A DNA stretch of 39,260 nucleotides from Granulicella sp. GTDB lineage: Bacteria; Acidobacteriota; Terriglobia; Terriglobales; Acidobacteriaceae. The notes beneath the pieces are model-generated. The model saw only the letters and a program-made list of their open reading frames with translations. It was not told the origin of the DNA and did no database searches. A program made the translations under genes and the position numbers. Positions 9,737 to 18,555 of the stretch are shown here, piece after piece. Every line of letters starts with the position of its first letter. Position 1 is the first letter of the stretch. The stretch lies in contig DAHWNL010000017.1 of the NCBI GenBank assembly GCA_027339965.1, positions 1 through 39,260 of the forward strand, given 5' to 3'.

Positions 9737-10501
9737 TCAGGCGAAGCTGGCCCGTTTGACCTTCTGGCGGAAGTCTTCGCCCGTCATCTCCAAGACCACG
9801 CACATCTCCTGCAGGCGAGAGCGCATGCGTTCGCCGATGCGGTCGCCTAGAGTCTCTTCGCGCACAGCCAGGCGTGGCAGGCTCTCCTCGGCCGCCAGCG
9901 GGGGGAGATTGGGATAGTTGGTGGTGATGATGGTGGTGCGGCGATCGTTGTAGCGTGTGTTCAGGATATGGGCCACCGTGTCCCAGACCCAGTCGGTGGG
10001 CTTGGAGGCGCCGAGTTCGTCCAGCACCAGCACCTCAGCGTCAAAAACCGGTCGTAGCACCTCCATCTCAGTGACGTCCACGCTGCGGTTGTAGCTGTTC
10101 TGCACCTGCTTGAGCAGGTCCCGGTAGTCAAAGAATAGACACTTGGCGCCGCGCTCCTGGATGAGCGCCTGCAGAATGCCAACAGCCAGGTGGGTTTTGC
10201 CCACGCCGATGGAGCCGCTCATCAGCAGCCCGTTGCCGCCGGTGCCCAGCGGATAAGCCTGGACGAAGCCGCGCGCCTTCACCAGAGCCTCCTGCAGGGT
10301 GGGGTTGGAGGAGGGAAAGTGGGTGTCGTAGCTGTCCAGCGTGCAGTGCATATAGCGCTGCGGAATGCGGGCCTGCCGGATCATACGCACTGCGCGCAGG
10401 GAGCTGCGGCAGGCGCAGGGCTGCGCGAAACGGGTTCCGCCCGGGCGCACCACCACGCGCAGGCCCGAGCCTTCACACAGGGGGCAGAGATCTTCCGGCA
10501 T
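9737..10501 (-). CDS. DnaC/IstB-like AAA+ ATPase with N-terminal Zn-binding Cys motifs
   Basis: CPLCEGSG...PCAC, Walker A GSIGVGKT, Walker B VLVLDELG, RYN..TIITTN, IGERMRSRL.EMC....GEDFR. Confidence 0.88.
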   Translation of the reverse strand: MPEDLCPLCEGSGLRVVVRPGGTRFAQPCACRSSLRAVRMIRQARIPQRYMHCTLDSYDTHFPSSNPTLQEALVKARGFVQAYPLGTGGNGLLMSGSIGVGKTHLAVGILQALIQERGAKCLFFDYRDLLKQVQNSYNRSVDVTEMEVLRPVFDAEVLVLDELGASKPTDWVWDTVAHILNTRYNDRRTTIITTNYPNLPPLAAEESLPRLAVREETLGDRIGERMRSRLQEMCVVLEMTGEDFRQKVKRASFA

Positions 10502-10938
10502 GAGTCGGTCCTTCCTTCGCGCAGCCCAGGCCCCGGCAACCGGCCGGGGGGGGGCGAGACCAGCGGCGGCAAGCGCGGGCCGGCAGCGGCGCGATGCCTT
10601 CAGTATCGCAGGCCGGAGGCCGGAAGCAAGGCTGTGCGAATCCCGCCCGCAGCGAGGAAACCACACTCGGCGAGGAGTCATTAGCGGCCCGGCCGGGCAG
10701 CGAGGGGGTCGGGGATATTGCCGTGCCTGGAGAAGTCTCGCTTGCCTTCCCCGCGGTGGTAGACTAACTTGAGCGCCTGTAGCCCCGGGAGTCGGGGCCC
10801 AAGCTCGCAGCGCGACAGGAAGATCGATGCACGCACGCCCGCGTCCCGGGCCCGGGCTCTGCCCCGTGGTCTGGAGCTCGCCCCGATGGCGGTGTGCAAG
10901 CGAACCGTTCTGCAGCGGGATTGCTAGAAAGAGACCAG

Positions 10939-11175
10939 ATGCCCAAGACCGGAGTTCATCCCCACTACGAAGCCACGCACGTCAAATGCGCCTGCGGAAA
11001 CCAGTTCGACACCCGCTCCACCCACAAGGGGCCCATTGTCCTTGAAATCTGCGCTGCCTGCCACCCCTTCTTTACCGGCAAGCAGAAGCTGGTGGATACC
11101 GCCGGCCGCGTCGAGCGGTTCCGCCGGAAGTACGCCGCCGCCGATTCCAAAAAGGCCGCAGCCGCCGCGAAGTAA
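10939..11175 (+). CDS. rpmE: 50S ribosomal protein L31 (type A, Zn-binding)
   Basis: HPHY...CACGN.F.TRST...[28 protein letters not shown]. Confidence 0.97.
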   Translation: MPKTGVHPHYEATHVKCACGNQFDTRSTHKGPIVLEICAACHPFFTGKQKLVDTAGRVERFRRKYAAADSKKAAAAAK

Positions 11176-11195
11176 CCTTGAAAGGACCAAAACGG

Positions 11196-11228
11196 AGGGC
11201 CTCCGCGGAGCAGCGGAGGCCTTTCTTG
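11196..11228 (+). terminator. Intrinsic terminator after rpmE
   Basis: ggcctccgc / gcggaggcc stem followed by tttcttg. Confidence 0.8.
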
Positions 11229-11378
11229 TATCGGCTGAAGCGCGCCCGACGATGCGCCGCAGACCACCAGCGAAGCCGCCCGAAAAGCCGGCAAGGGACG
11301 TCGAAAGGGCGAGGAACGCCGAAAGATAGACGCGAAAAGGAAGTTGGCAAACATAGTGGCCGAATCCAGGACGCCGCG

Positions 11379-12776
11379 ATGAAGAAGGGCTGGGACAATC
11401 CGGAGGATGTTGCCGCTCGACCCGGCGCGCGGCAAGCCAGCGTGCCCGCCGAGGTATGGATCGGCGGCGTGCGCGTGGCCCCGGCTACAGTGCTGGCCCC
11501 AATGGCCGGGGTGACGGACACGGTCTTCCGGCGGTTCATCAAGAACGCTTCGCTGTTCACACAGCCGGTCCAGCCGGTGGCTGCGGCGGCGGTGCAAGAC
11601 GGCGCGCCGGCGGCTGGAACGGCTCAGGTGTCTGCGCAAATCATGCCGCGGGCTGCGCAAGCGGTGCCGGACGTGGATGCGGAAACCAGCAACGAGGTCT
11701 CCGGCTGCGGCCTGATCATGACCGAGTTCACCTCCGCCGACGGCCTGAGCCGGATGCGCGAGAGCAAGCGGCAGCGCTATCTGACCTACTACGAGGACGA
11801 GCATCCCATCTCGGCGCAACTGTTCGGATCCAACCCGGCCACGCTGGCCGAGTCCGCGCGGATCTGCCAGGATGCGGGCTTCGATCTGGTGGATCTGAAC
11901 CTGGGCTGCCCGGCCAAACGCGTGGTCCGTTGCAACGGAGGCAGCGGATTGCTGCGCGACCTGCCGCGCATCGGAGAGATCTTTGCGGAGATTCGCAAGG
12001 CCGTTTCCATCCCCTTCACGGTGAAGTTCCGCCTGGGCTGGAGCGATGCCAGCATCGTCTGCGTGGAGCTGGCCAAGATGGCCGAGGACTGCGGACTGAA
12101 CGCGGTGGCGCTGCACGCCCGCACCCGCGAGCAGGGCTACAGCGGCAGCGCGCGCTGGGAGTGGATCGCCGCGGTGAAGGCCGCCGTCCGCATACCGGTG
12201 ATCGGCAACGGCGACATACGCACGCCGGAGGATGCGGCCGCCATGGTGGAGGCCACCGGCTGCGATGCGGTGATGATCGGCCGCGCGGCCCCGGCCAATC
12301 CGTGGATCTTTCGCCAGATCGCGCAGTACACGCTCTCCCGCGGGCAGACCGGCGTGGGCGTCTATGACCGGCCCACGGAGTTGGACCGCTACCATATGAT
12401 CCGCGGCTACTTTGACCGCCTGATGGCGGAGCTGGCTGAGCATCCGGAGGTTGGCGGCCCGGCGGAGACGGAGCTGGAGAAGCGGCTGAAGCGCAACCAT
12501 GAGAGCGCGCAACGCGATGCCATTGGGCGGATGAAGCAGTTTGCGAGCTGGTTTACCCACGGCGTTCCGGGCGGGGCCACGCTGCGCCGAGAGATCTTCG
12601 AGGCGCGCCGCGCCGCCCAGGTGATGGACCGCGTAGAAGCGTTCTTTGCTCAGAGGACCGAAGATGCCGCGGAGGCCCGTGGCGCTGGCCCAGATGCTGA
12701 AACGCATCGCTCCGTCTCCGTCCTGCTGCCGGAGCCGGAGATGGATTGCGACACGGCGCCCTGCGCCTGGGGCTGA
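11379..12776 (+). CDS. dusB: tRNA-dihydrouridine synthase (DusB/NifR3 type)
   Basis: LAPMAGVTD..FR, TEF, QLFGS, DLNLGCP, GGSGLL, TVKFRLGW, HARTREQGY, VIGNGDI, VMIGR...NPWIF. An Ala-rich insert follows RRFIKNAS. Confidence 0.9.
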   Translation: MKKGWDNPEDVAARPGARQASVPAEVWIGGVRVAPATVLAPMAGVTDTVFRRFIKNASLFTQPVQPVAAAAVQDGAPAAGTAQVSAQIMPRAAQAVPDVDAETSNEVSGCGLIMTEFTSADGLSRMRESKRQRYLTYYEDEHPISAQLFGSNPATLAESARICQDAGFDLVDLNLGCPAKRVVRCNGGSGLLRDLPRIGEIFAEIRKAVSIPFTVKFRLGWSDASIVCVELAKMAEDCGLNAVALHARTREQGYSGSARWEWIAAVKAAVRIPVIGNGDIRTPEDAAAMVEATGCDAVMIGRAAPANPWIFRQIAQYTLSRGQTGVGVYDRPTELDRYHMIRGYFDRLMAELAEHPEVGGPAETELEKRLKRNHESAQRDAIGRMKQFASWFTHGVPGGATLRREIFEARRAAQVMDRVEAFFAQRTEDAAEARGAGPDAETHRSVSVLLPEPEMDCDTAPCAWG

Positions 12777-12783
12777 GGGGAGC

Positions 12784-12899
12784 TAAGCCGTTTTCAGTGC
12801 AGGTGTAACGCGACGCCTCGACTTCTATAGGCGTTTTCCCCAATGAAAACGCCACTCCAAGCCCTCTTCGGGACACCCATCAACACTGAAAATGCTATA
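12784..12899 (+). mobile_element. MITE-like interspersed repeat, copy 2 (116 bp)
   Basis: TAAGCCGTTTTCAGTG...CACTGAAAATGCTATA with central GGCGTTTTC-CCCAAT-GAAAACGCC; lies between convergent dusB and the nuclease-like gene. Confidence 0.8.
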
Positions 12900-12919
12900 A
12901 GCCCGGGGGCGGGGGTGAG

Positions 12920-14899
12920 TCAGAGGCTGTGCGCGCCGCCGCTCTGCTTGCGCCAGACCACGCGAATCTGCTGCCGCCAGCGCTCGTCCAGGGCCAGCAG
13001 GCTCCACTCCACGCGGGGCGAAAGATAGCGCAGAATCGTCTCCGTGGCGGGATGGATGTGCAGCGAGGGCGCGACCAGGTACAGGCGGGGCTCCAGCGGC
13101 GAGAGCGCCACGCCAGGGAAGTATCCGTGGCGTTGGAACTCCCCCGGAGCGGCGTCCGGGCCGGAGCTCTGACGATGGTGATGACGCACGCGGATCCAGT
13201 AGTCCAGGCCCTGCAGGACGAAGTTCGGGTCGTCGTCCGCCTTGAGCTCGATCACGGCCAGGCGGCCGTCGGCGGTGACTCCCAGCAGATCCAGCAGACC
13301 GCGATCCCCGGCTCCGGCGACCACGGGAACCTGGGAGTAGATGTGGCGCGGGTCCAGACGCGGAATCACCTGACTCTGTGCAGCGCAAGGCGGGTCCTGC
13401 GCCGGCCAGCGGTTGCCGTCCGGCTGCGCGGAGGCTTCGGCTGCCACGGCCTCCGCACGGTTGCCGATCGTATCCGGATCGGGGTCGTTGGCGAACTCGG
13501 CCAGGCGGCTTGGGACGGCCGGGGTGGGATGGGGCGCCAGGGTGCGGGTCAGCGGGGCCAGATCGCGGCGCAGCATGGACTCCAGCCAGCGCTCGGGAGC
13601 GGCCCGGAAGAGGGGGTCGCGCATTTGGCTGCGCTCGCCGCGCCGCCCGGCAGCCGTCAGCCGGGCGTGCGCCGGGGCAGTGCGGGTTGAGCCGATTCCG
13701 CGCTGCATCCAGCGTCTGCGGCGGGCCTCGCCGGCGTCCGCATCTTCCGCATCGTCGATTCGCCGGCGGGCGAAGAGATCCTGCACCAGAGCGGCGATGG
13801 ACTCTCGATTGGCCGCCGTCAGCTCCGTCTCCTGCGCGCCCACGCCGACGCGCACCTGCAGGTGCCGGGCAAAGCTGCCCGCCTCCAGATCGACCTGCAC
13901 GCGAGCAAACTCCAGCCCATGCAGCAGAAACGCCAGTTCGGCCGGGTTGCGCAGGCGCAGCTCCACGCGCCCCTGCTCGGGTGGAGGCACCAACTCCATC
14001 ACGGCGGCAATGCCGGGAGCAAAGCGCTCCCGGGCCGAGCTCTCATCCGCCAGATGCACCAGCCGCGTGCGCAGATTGCCTGGGTCGCTCAGATCGCATG
14101 GGGTGAGCTCTTCGCTGCGCTCGTTCAGCTCCCACAGCTCCCATTGCGCCGCGTCGCGGTTGAACCAGGCCATGCGGAAGCTGGTAGACGCCGCGGTTCC
14201 CGTGGGCAGAATCACCTTGAGTCCCTGGAAGAGCCGCTTCCCTCCCGCCTGCTCGCGGCAGTGGTGCAGCCAGAGGATGCCGGGAGTCAGTACGCTGTCA
14301 ATGACCGCGGCGCTCTCTCGCCCATTGACTCCGATGACGGCCCAGGCTGTGTTGCCCTGGGCCAGCACGCCGCGCGTATAAGCCGGCCCAAAGCTGCGCT
14401 CCAGATCCATTGCCGTGCGCAAGCCCTCCGGCTTCCAGGGATTGAAGCGGCGCTCCAGCACGCGCTCCAGCAGGCGCGTGTAGCTCTTCCGGGCGGCGTC
14501 GCGGGAGGTGGGGGAACGCCGCTCGCGCTCCGCGCGGAGCTCCAGCAGCTTGGCCTGCCGCTGGCCAAAGCGCAGCGTAGCCAGGCGCAGGACTCCGGCG
14601 CGCTCTGTGACGCCGGCTACCTGCCGCACCAGATTGCGCTCCTCGCTCCACAGGTGCAGCGTGCAGCGGCCATGTTCGGTGTTGAGAGAGGCCCGGGCGG
14701 AGCGGAGGTCAAAGATCTCGTTGCCGTCCTCGAGCACGGCAGCCTCGGGGTGCTGGGCGAGGAACGCCTGGATGCGTTGGGCGGTCTGGCCAGCGGTCTG
14801 GGCAGCGGTCTGAACTGGAATCTGGGCTGGAGTCTGGGTTGGGGCTGGGGGATTGGAGCAGAGAGCCGATCGGTCCGCGGAAGGGGCTCTGGGCGGCAT
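12920..14899 (-). CDS. Large hypothetical protein with a C-terminal PD-(D/E)XK restriction-fold nuclease-like domain
   Basis: Long ORF; C-terminal E..LE...IYSQVP...LLDLLG...GRLAVIELK...LQGLDYW...LYLVAP resembles the NucS-like D-x(11)-ExK and QxxxY motifs. Start placed 6 nt after TGcTACCTT. Confidence 0.7.
   Translation of the reverse strand: MPPRAPSADRSALCSNPPAPTQTPAQIPVQTAAQTAGQTAQRIQAFLAQHPEAAVLEDGNEIFDLRSARASLNTEHGRCTLHLWSEERNLVRQVAGVTERAGVLRLATLRFGQRQAKLLELRAERERRSPTSRDAARKSYTRLLERVLERRFNPWKPEGLRTAMDLERSFGPAYTRGVLAQGNTAWAVIGVNGRESAAVIDSVLTPGILWLHHCREQAGGKRLFQGLKVILPTGTAASTSFRMAWFNRDAAQWELWELNERSEELTPCDLSDPGNLRTRLVHLADESSARERFAPGIAAVMELVPPPEQGRVELRLRNPAELAFLLHGLEFARVQVDLEAGSFARHLQVRVGVGAQETELTAANRESIAALVQDLFARRRIDDAEDADAGEARRRRWMQRGIGSTRTAPAHARLTAAGRRGERSQMRDPLFRAAPERWLESMLRRDLAPLTRTLAPHPTPAVPSRLAEFANDPDPDTIGNRAEAVAAEASAQPDGNRWPAQDPPCAAQSQVIPRLDPRHIYSQVPVVAGAGDRGLLDLLGVTADGRLAVIELKADDDPNFVLQGLDYWIRVRHHHRQSSGPDAAPGEFQRHGYFPGVALSPLEPRLYLVAPSLHIHPATETILRYLSPRVEWSLLALDERWRQQIRVVWRKQSGGAHSL
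14781..14852. repeat. Degenerate 12-bp tandem repeats (about 6 units) encoding the N-terminal PAPT/QTPA/QIPV/QTAA linker
   Basis: gcggtctggcca, gcggtctgggca, gcggtctgaact, ggaatctgggct, ggagtctgggtt, ggggctggggga. Confidence 0.8.
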
Positions 14900-15050
14900 G
14901 CATCGAAGGTAGCACCTTTCATGCGCAGTGGGAAAGATTGATACGCAGCGGGAAAGATCCCAGCCAGCCGAGCAGAGCCTGCCGGGAGCTTCCGCCGGCG
15001 CAGAATTCGGGGGCAGCGCGGGCTGTCTCCTCCGTGCGAAGCGCCAGAGG

Positions 15051-15581
15051 CTACCAACCCTTGCGGGCGCGCAGGTGCGTGATGTGGGCCAGATGGTGAC
15101 GCGAGTGCCAGGCGTAGAGCATGGTCGCCTGCTCAACGGTGCTGGGACCGCGCTCGGGGTGTTTGTAGCCGCGCCTCCAATGCGCCTCCGTGAGGGAGTT
15201 CAGCACCAGCACCCAGCGCGCGTGGATGGCTTCAATCAGCTCCACGGACCACTCTGCCGGAGCGACGGAGTCGGCCAGGCTGGCGAAGGCCTTCTCGTTG
15301 TAGGCCGTGACAGTGGGCCAGTCTTCGGTGAGGGCGAGGCGAACGCGATGGAAGGCCTCCCCGTGCGAGTCCGCGATGTGATGCACCACCTGCCGTATCG
15401 TCCATCCGCCCTCCCGATAGGGCGTGTTGAGCTGCATCGTATCCAGATCGCGCAGGGCGCTGCGCAGCAACTCCGGCATCTTCTCGATGGAGCTGATGGC
15501 GATCCTTCGGTCCGGCGGCGCGATGGTTGCGGGCGGAGTGAATTTGCCGATGGGGTAACGTGGGTCGGCTACAGGGGGCAT
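15051..15581 (-). CDS. yfiT: YfiT/BstA family (DinB superfamily) thiol transferase
   Basis: DPRYPIGKF, LNTPYREGGWTIRQVVHHIADSH, LALTED.PT..Y.E, HARW, YAWHSRHHLAHI. Confidence 0.9.
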   Translation of the reverse strand: MPPVADPRYPIGKFTPPATIAPPDRRIAISSIEKMPELLRSALRDLDTMQLNTPYREGGWTIRQVVHHIADSHGEAFHRVRLALTEDWPTVTAYNEKAFASLADSVAPAEWSVELIEAIHARWVLVLNSLTEAHWRRGYKHPERGPSTVEQATMLYAWHSRHHLAHITHLRARKGW

Positions 15582-15810
15582 AGAGAAAATCCTTGCGAGA
15601 TTGGGATGAACAGCCTGGGCAGCTTATTCTAACGAGTGCAGGCGGCAGTTGACCACCGTCTCATCGGGCCGTCAGCATCGCCAGTGATGAGCATCACCCC
15701 GGGCAGCGCGGCCACGCAGCACCGCCTCCGCGGGGCTGCCGAGAGGTTGCGCCGCAGGGATGCCGTCGGATTACGCAATCCAGCGCCGGGGGTAAAAGGG
15801 AGAGGCAACC

Positions 15811-16878
15811 ATGAGGGGTGCGTCAAGGAGGGGTGCGTCAAGGAGGGTTTGGCTACGGGAACAAGGCGCGCGGAGGCGCGGACGTCGCAGAGATGGGTGG
15901 TCGGCGATGGGCGCGCTGAGCTTGGCCCTGATGCCGGTGGTGATTCCTGCCGCAATTCTGGCTGCGATTCTGGGTACGGCCGGGGGCTTGCACGCCGACG
16001 GGCAAGCGGCTGCCGCTTCCGCGCGCGCGTCCCGGACCGCTGCGGCCAGCACGGAAGCGGCCGGCGGCGGCTATCTCGGCTTCGATCGCAACGAGTATCC
16101 CGGCGATCAGGCAATGGCCGCGCTACATCGCTCCTTCGCCTTCACCGGCTACTGGCTGACCAACCCGCCGGGCGAGGACAGCAACACCTGGCAGGGCAAG
16201 CGCGAAGCTCTCCTGCGCCAGGGATGGGGTTTTCTGGTGCTGGCCAACGGACGCCTGGACGCTGAGATCCGCAAGGCGCAGCGCCGCGGCATCACTCCCG
16301 CGGCGCTGGCCCGCAGGGACGCTGCGGCGGCCGTGGCCAGGGCCCGCGCTGAAGGCTTCCCCGCCCACAGCATCCTCTTCCTGGACCAGGAGGAGGGCGG
16401 AGAGTTGCTCGCGGAGCAGGCGGCCTACCTGCTGGCCTGGACCCAGGATGTGGCTGGAAGCGAGTATCGGCCGGGAGTCTACGCCAGCGGCGCGCCGGTC
16501 TTTGTCCGCAGCGGCAGTCCGGTACCGGTGGGAACCCCGGCGGGAGCCGGGCACACCACGACGATCGATGACATCCGCTCCCGCGTGCTGGCCAAGGGGC
16601 TGCATCCGGTGGCGATCTTTGACGCGCAGGACGCCTGCCCGCCCGCGCCCGGCTGCACGCTGAAGGCGCGGCCGCTCGAGAGCAGCGGGGAGGCGGTGCT
16701 GAGCCCGGGCGGCGACCTTGCGGCCTGGCAGTATGCGCAGTCCCCGCGCCGCCCGGAGCTGACCCGCGCCTGCGCAGCCACTTACGGCCGGGATGGCACC
16801 TGTGACGCTCCCGAGGCTCCTGGCGTCTTTCTGGACATGGATCTGGCCGCCAGCCCCGACCCGTCCCATGGCCGCTGA
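15811..16878 (+). CDS. DUF1906 / Rv2525c-like secreted glycoside (peptidoglycan) hydrolase; start may be 15907
   Basis: Hydrophobic signal segment, YLGFDRNEYPGD, FTGYWL, GWGFLVL, LFLDQEEGG, YRPGVYASG, AWQYAQSP, LDMD. The 5' end carries a 15-bp tandem repeat (15813-15847). Confidence 0.78.
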   Translation: MRGASRRGASRRVWLREQGARRRGRRRDGWSAMGALSLALMPVVIPAAILAAILGTAGGLHADGQAAAASARASRTAAASTEAAGGGYLGFDRNEYPGDQAMAALHRSFAFTGYWLTNPPGEDSNTWQGKREALLRQGWGFLVLANGRLDAEIRKAQRRGITPAALARRDAAAAVARARAEGFPAHSILFLDQEEGGELLAEQAAYLLAWTQDVAGSEYRPGVYASGAPVFVRSGSPVPVGTPAGAGHTTTIDDIRSRVLAKGLHPVAIFDAQDACPPAPGCTLKARPLESSGEAVLSPGGDLAAWQYAQSPRRPELTRACAATYGRDGTCDAPEAPGVFLDMDLAASPDPSHGR

Positions 16879-16916
16879 GCGAGGTGCGCGCGGGCCGGAA
16901 GCTACAATCAGAGAGC

Positions 16917-18434
16917 ATGGCTAACGACTCCCACTCCGAAGCTGCGGATCACAAGCGTTACTTCCTGACTCACCTTGGCCTCACCGAGCGCCTGATGGAG
17001 CGCTGCCTGGGCGAGGCGCTCTCCGCCGGTGGGGAGTTTGCCGACCTGTACTTTGAGGCCGTCCTTTCAACCTCCTTGGGCATGGATGAGGGAATCCTGA
17101 AGACAGCGGCCCAGGGCATCAGCGTGGGCTGCGGGGTGCGCGTGCTCAGCGGCGAGCGCACCGGCTTTGCCTACACGGACGACCTGAGCCCGGAGCGTCT
17201 GCTGAAGGCCGCCCGGGTGGCCGCGCTGATCGCCAGCGGACCCCAGGCGCAGCGCGTGCAGAGCCTGCGCGAGACCGCCGCGCCTTCTCTCTACCCCATC
17301 GCAGGCGTCACCGCCGATGCGGAGATCGCCGCCAAGCTGGAGATGATCGAGCGCGCCAACCAGACCGCGCACGCCTACGACCCGCGCATTACCCAGGTGC
17401 GGGTGAGCTTCAACGACGAGCTGCGCCGCATCCTGATCGCCGCATCCGACGGGACCTACGCCTCTGACACGCAGCCGCTGGCGCGGCTGCATGTGGCCGT
17501 GGTCGCCAAGGATCCGGCGGCGTTGAGCAACACCACCTCCGGCTCCAGCGGCGGCGGAGGACGCGTCACGCTGGAGTTCTTCACCGGGCTCCACTCCCCT
17601 GAGCACTTTGCGCGCGAGGCCGCGCGCGCCGCCATTCTCCAACTGGACGCGGTAGCGGCGCCGGCCGGCGAGATGCCGGTGGTGCTGGGTCCGGGCTGGC
17701 CCGGCGTTCTGCTGCATGAGGCCGTCGGGCACGGGCTGGAGGCGGACTTCAACCGCAAGAAGACCTCGGCGTTCGCCGGACTGATCGGCCAGCGCGTCGC
17801 CGCGCCCGGGGTGACGGTGGTGGATAACGGACGCATTCCGGGACGGCGCGGCTCGCTGAACGTGGACGACGAGGGCAACCCGACGCAGGAGACTGTGCTG
17901 ATTGAAGATGGCATCCTGCGCGGCTACCTCTCCGACAAGCTCAGCGCCCGGCTGATGAAGATCGCCAACACCGGCAGCGGAAGGCGGGAGAGCTACCAGG
18001 CCATCCCCATGCCGCGCATGACCAACACCTACATGCTCAGCGGCCAGGATGACCCGGCCGACATCCTGCGCTCAGTCAAGCGCGGCCTGTACGCGGTGAA
18101 CTTCGGAGGCGGCCAGGTGGACATCACCAACGGCAAGTTTGTCTTCTCCGCCAGCGAAGCCTACCTGATTGAAGACGGCGTGGTCACCGCGCCGGTGAAG
18201 GGCGCAACCCTGATCGGCAACGGGCCGGAGGCCTTGAAGTACGTCTCCATGGTGGGCAACGATCTGGCTTTGGATGAAGGGATCGGCACCTGCGGCAAGG
18301 CCGGGCAGAGCGTTCCTGTGGGAGTCGGCATGCCGACGGTCCGGCTGGACCGTATGACGGTGGGCGGCACTGGCCTCAGCACTGGCCCCAGCATCGGCTC
18401 CAGCATCGGCTCCAGCATCGGCCACCGAGGCTGA
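16917..18434 (+). CDS. tldD: Metalloprotease TldD
   Basis: ADLYFE, GVRVLSGERTGFAYTDD, PVVLGPGWPGVLLHEAVGHGLEADFNRK (HExxGH), DDEG, GRRESY..PMPRMTNT, GQSVPVGVG.PT. Confidence 0.95.
   Translation: MANDSHSEAADHKRYFLTHLGLTERLMERCLGEALSAGGEFADLYFEAVLSTSLGMDEGILKTAAQGISVGCGVRVLSGERTGFAYTDDLSPERLLKAARVAALIASGPQAQRVQSLRETAAPSLYPIAGVTADAEIAAKLEMIERANQTAHAYDPRITQVRVSFNDELRRILIAASDGTYASDTQPLARLHVAVVAKDPAALSNTTSGSSGGGGRVTLEFFTGLHSPEHFAREAARAAILQLDAVAAPAGEMPVVLGPGWPGVLLHEAVGHGLEADFNRKKTSAFAGLIGQRVAAPGVTVVDNGRIPGRRGSLNVDDEGNPTQETVLIEDGILRGYLSDKLSARLMKIANTGSGRRESYQAIPMPRMTNTYMLSGQDDPADILRSVKRGLYAVNFGGGQVDITNGKFVFSASEAYLIEDGVVTAPVKGATLIGNGPEALKYVSMVGNDLALDEGIGTCGKAGQSVPVGVGMPTVRLDRMTVGGTGLSTGPSIGSSIGSSIGHRG
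18366..18425. repeat. 12-bp tandem repeat x5 extending the TldD C-terminus (GTGL/STGP/SIGS/SIGS/SIGH)
   Basis: ggcactggcctc agcactggcccc agcatcggctcc agcatcggctcc agcatcggccac. Confidence 0.85.
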
Positions 18435-18555
18435 GGAGCAGGCCCGGCAACGAAAGGTTCAGCAGCGGAAGGCCAAGCAGCGGGCGATCCGCTCGCTCCA
18501 ACCGAAGAGACCCGCGCCGGCACAGCCGGAGCAGAGACGGGAGACGAAGCAAGAG

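Noticed and set aside
10546..10554. G9 homopolymer as a phase-variation switch
   Set aside because: Non-coding, not within an identifiable promoter spacer, and plausible by chance at this GC content.
10965..12707. Long antisense ORFs (580 aa here, and similar ones opposite aroF, proB, ppc and pmbA)
   Set aside because: Shadow frames of GC-rich coding genes, with no protein motifs.
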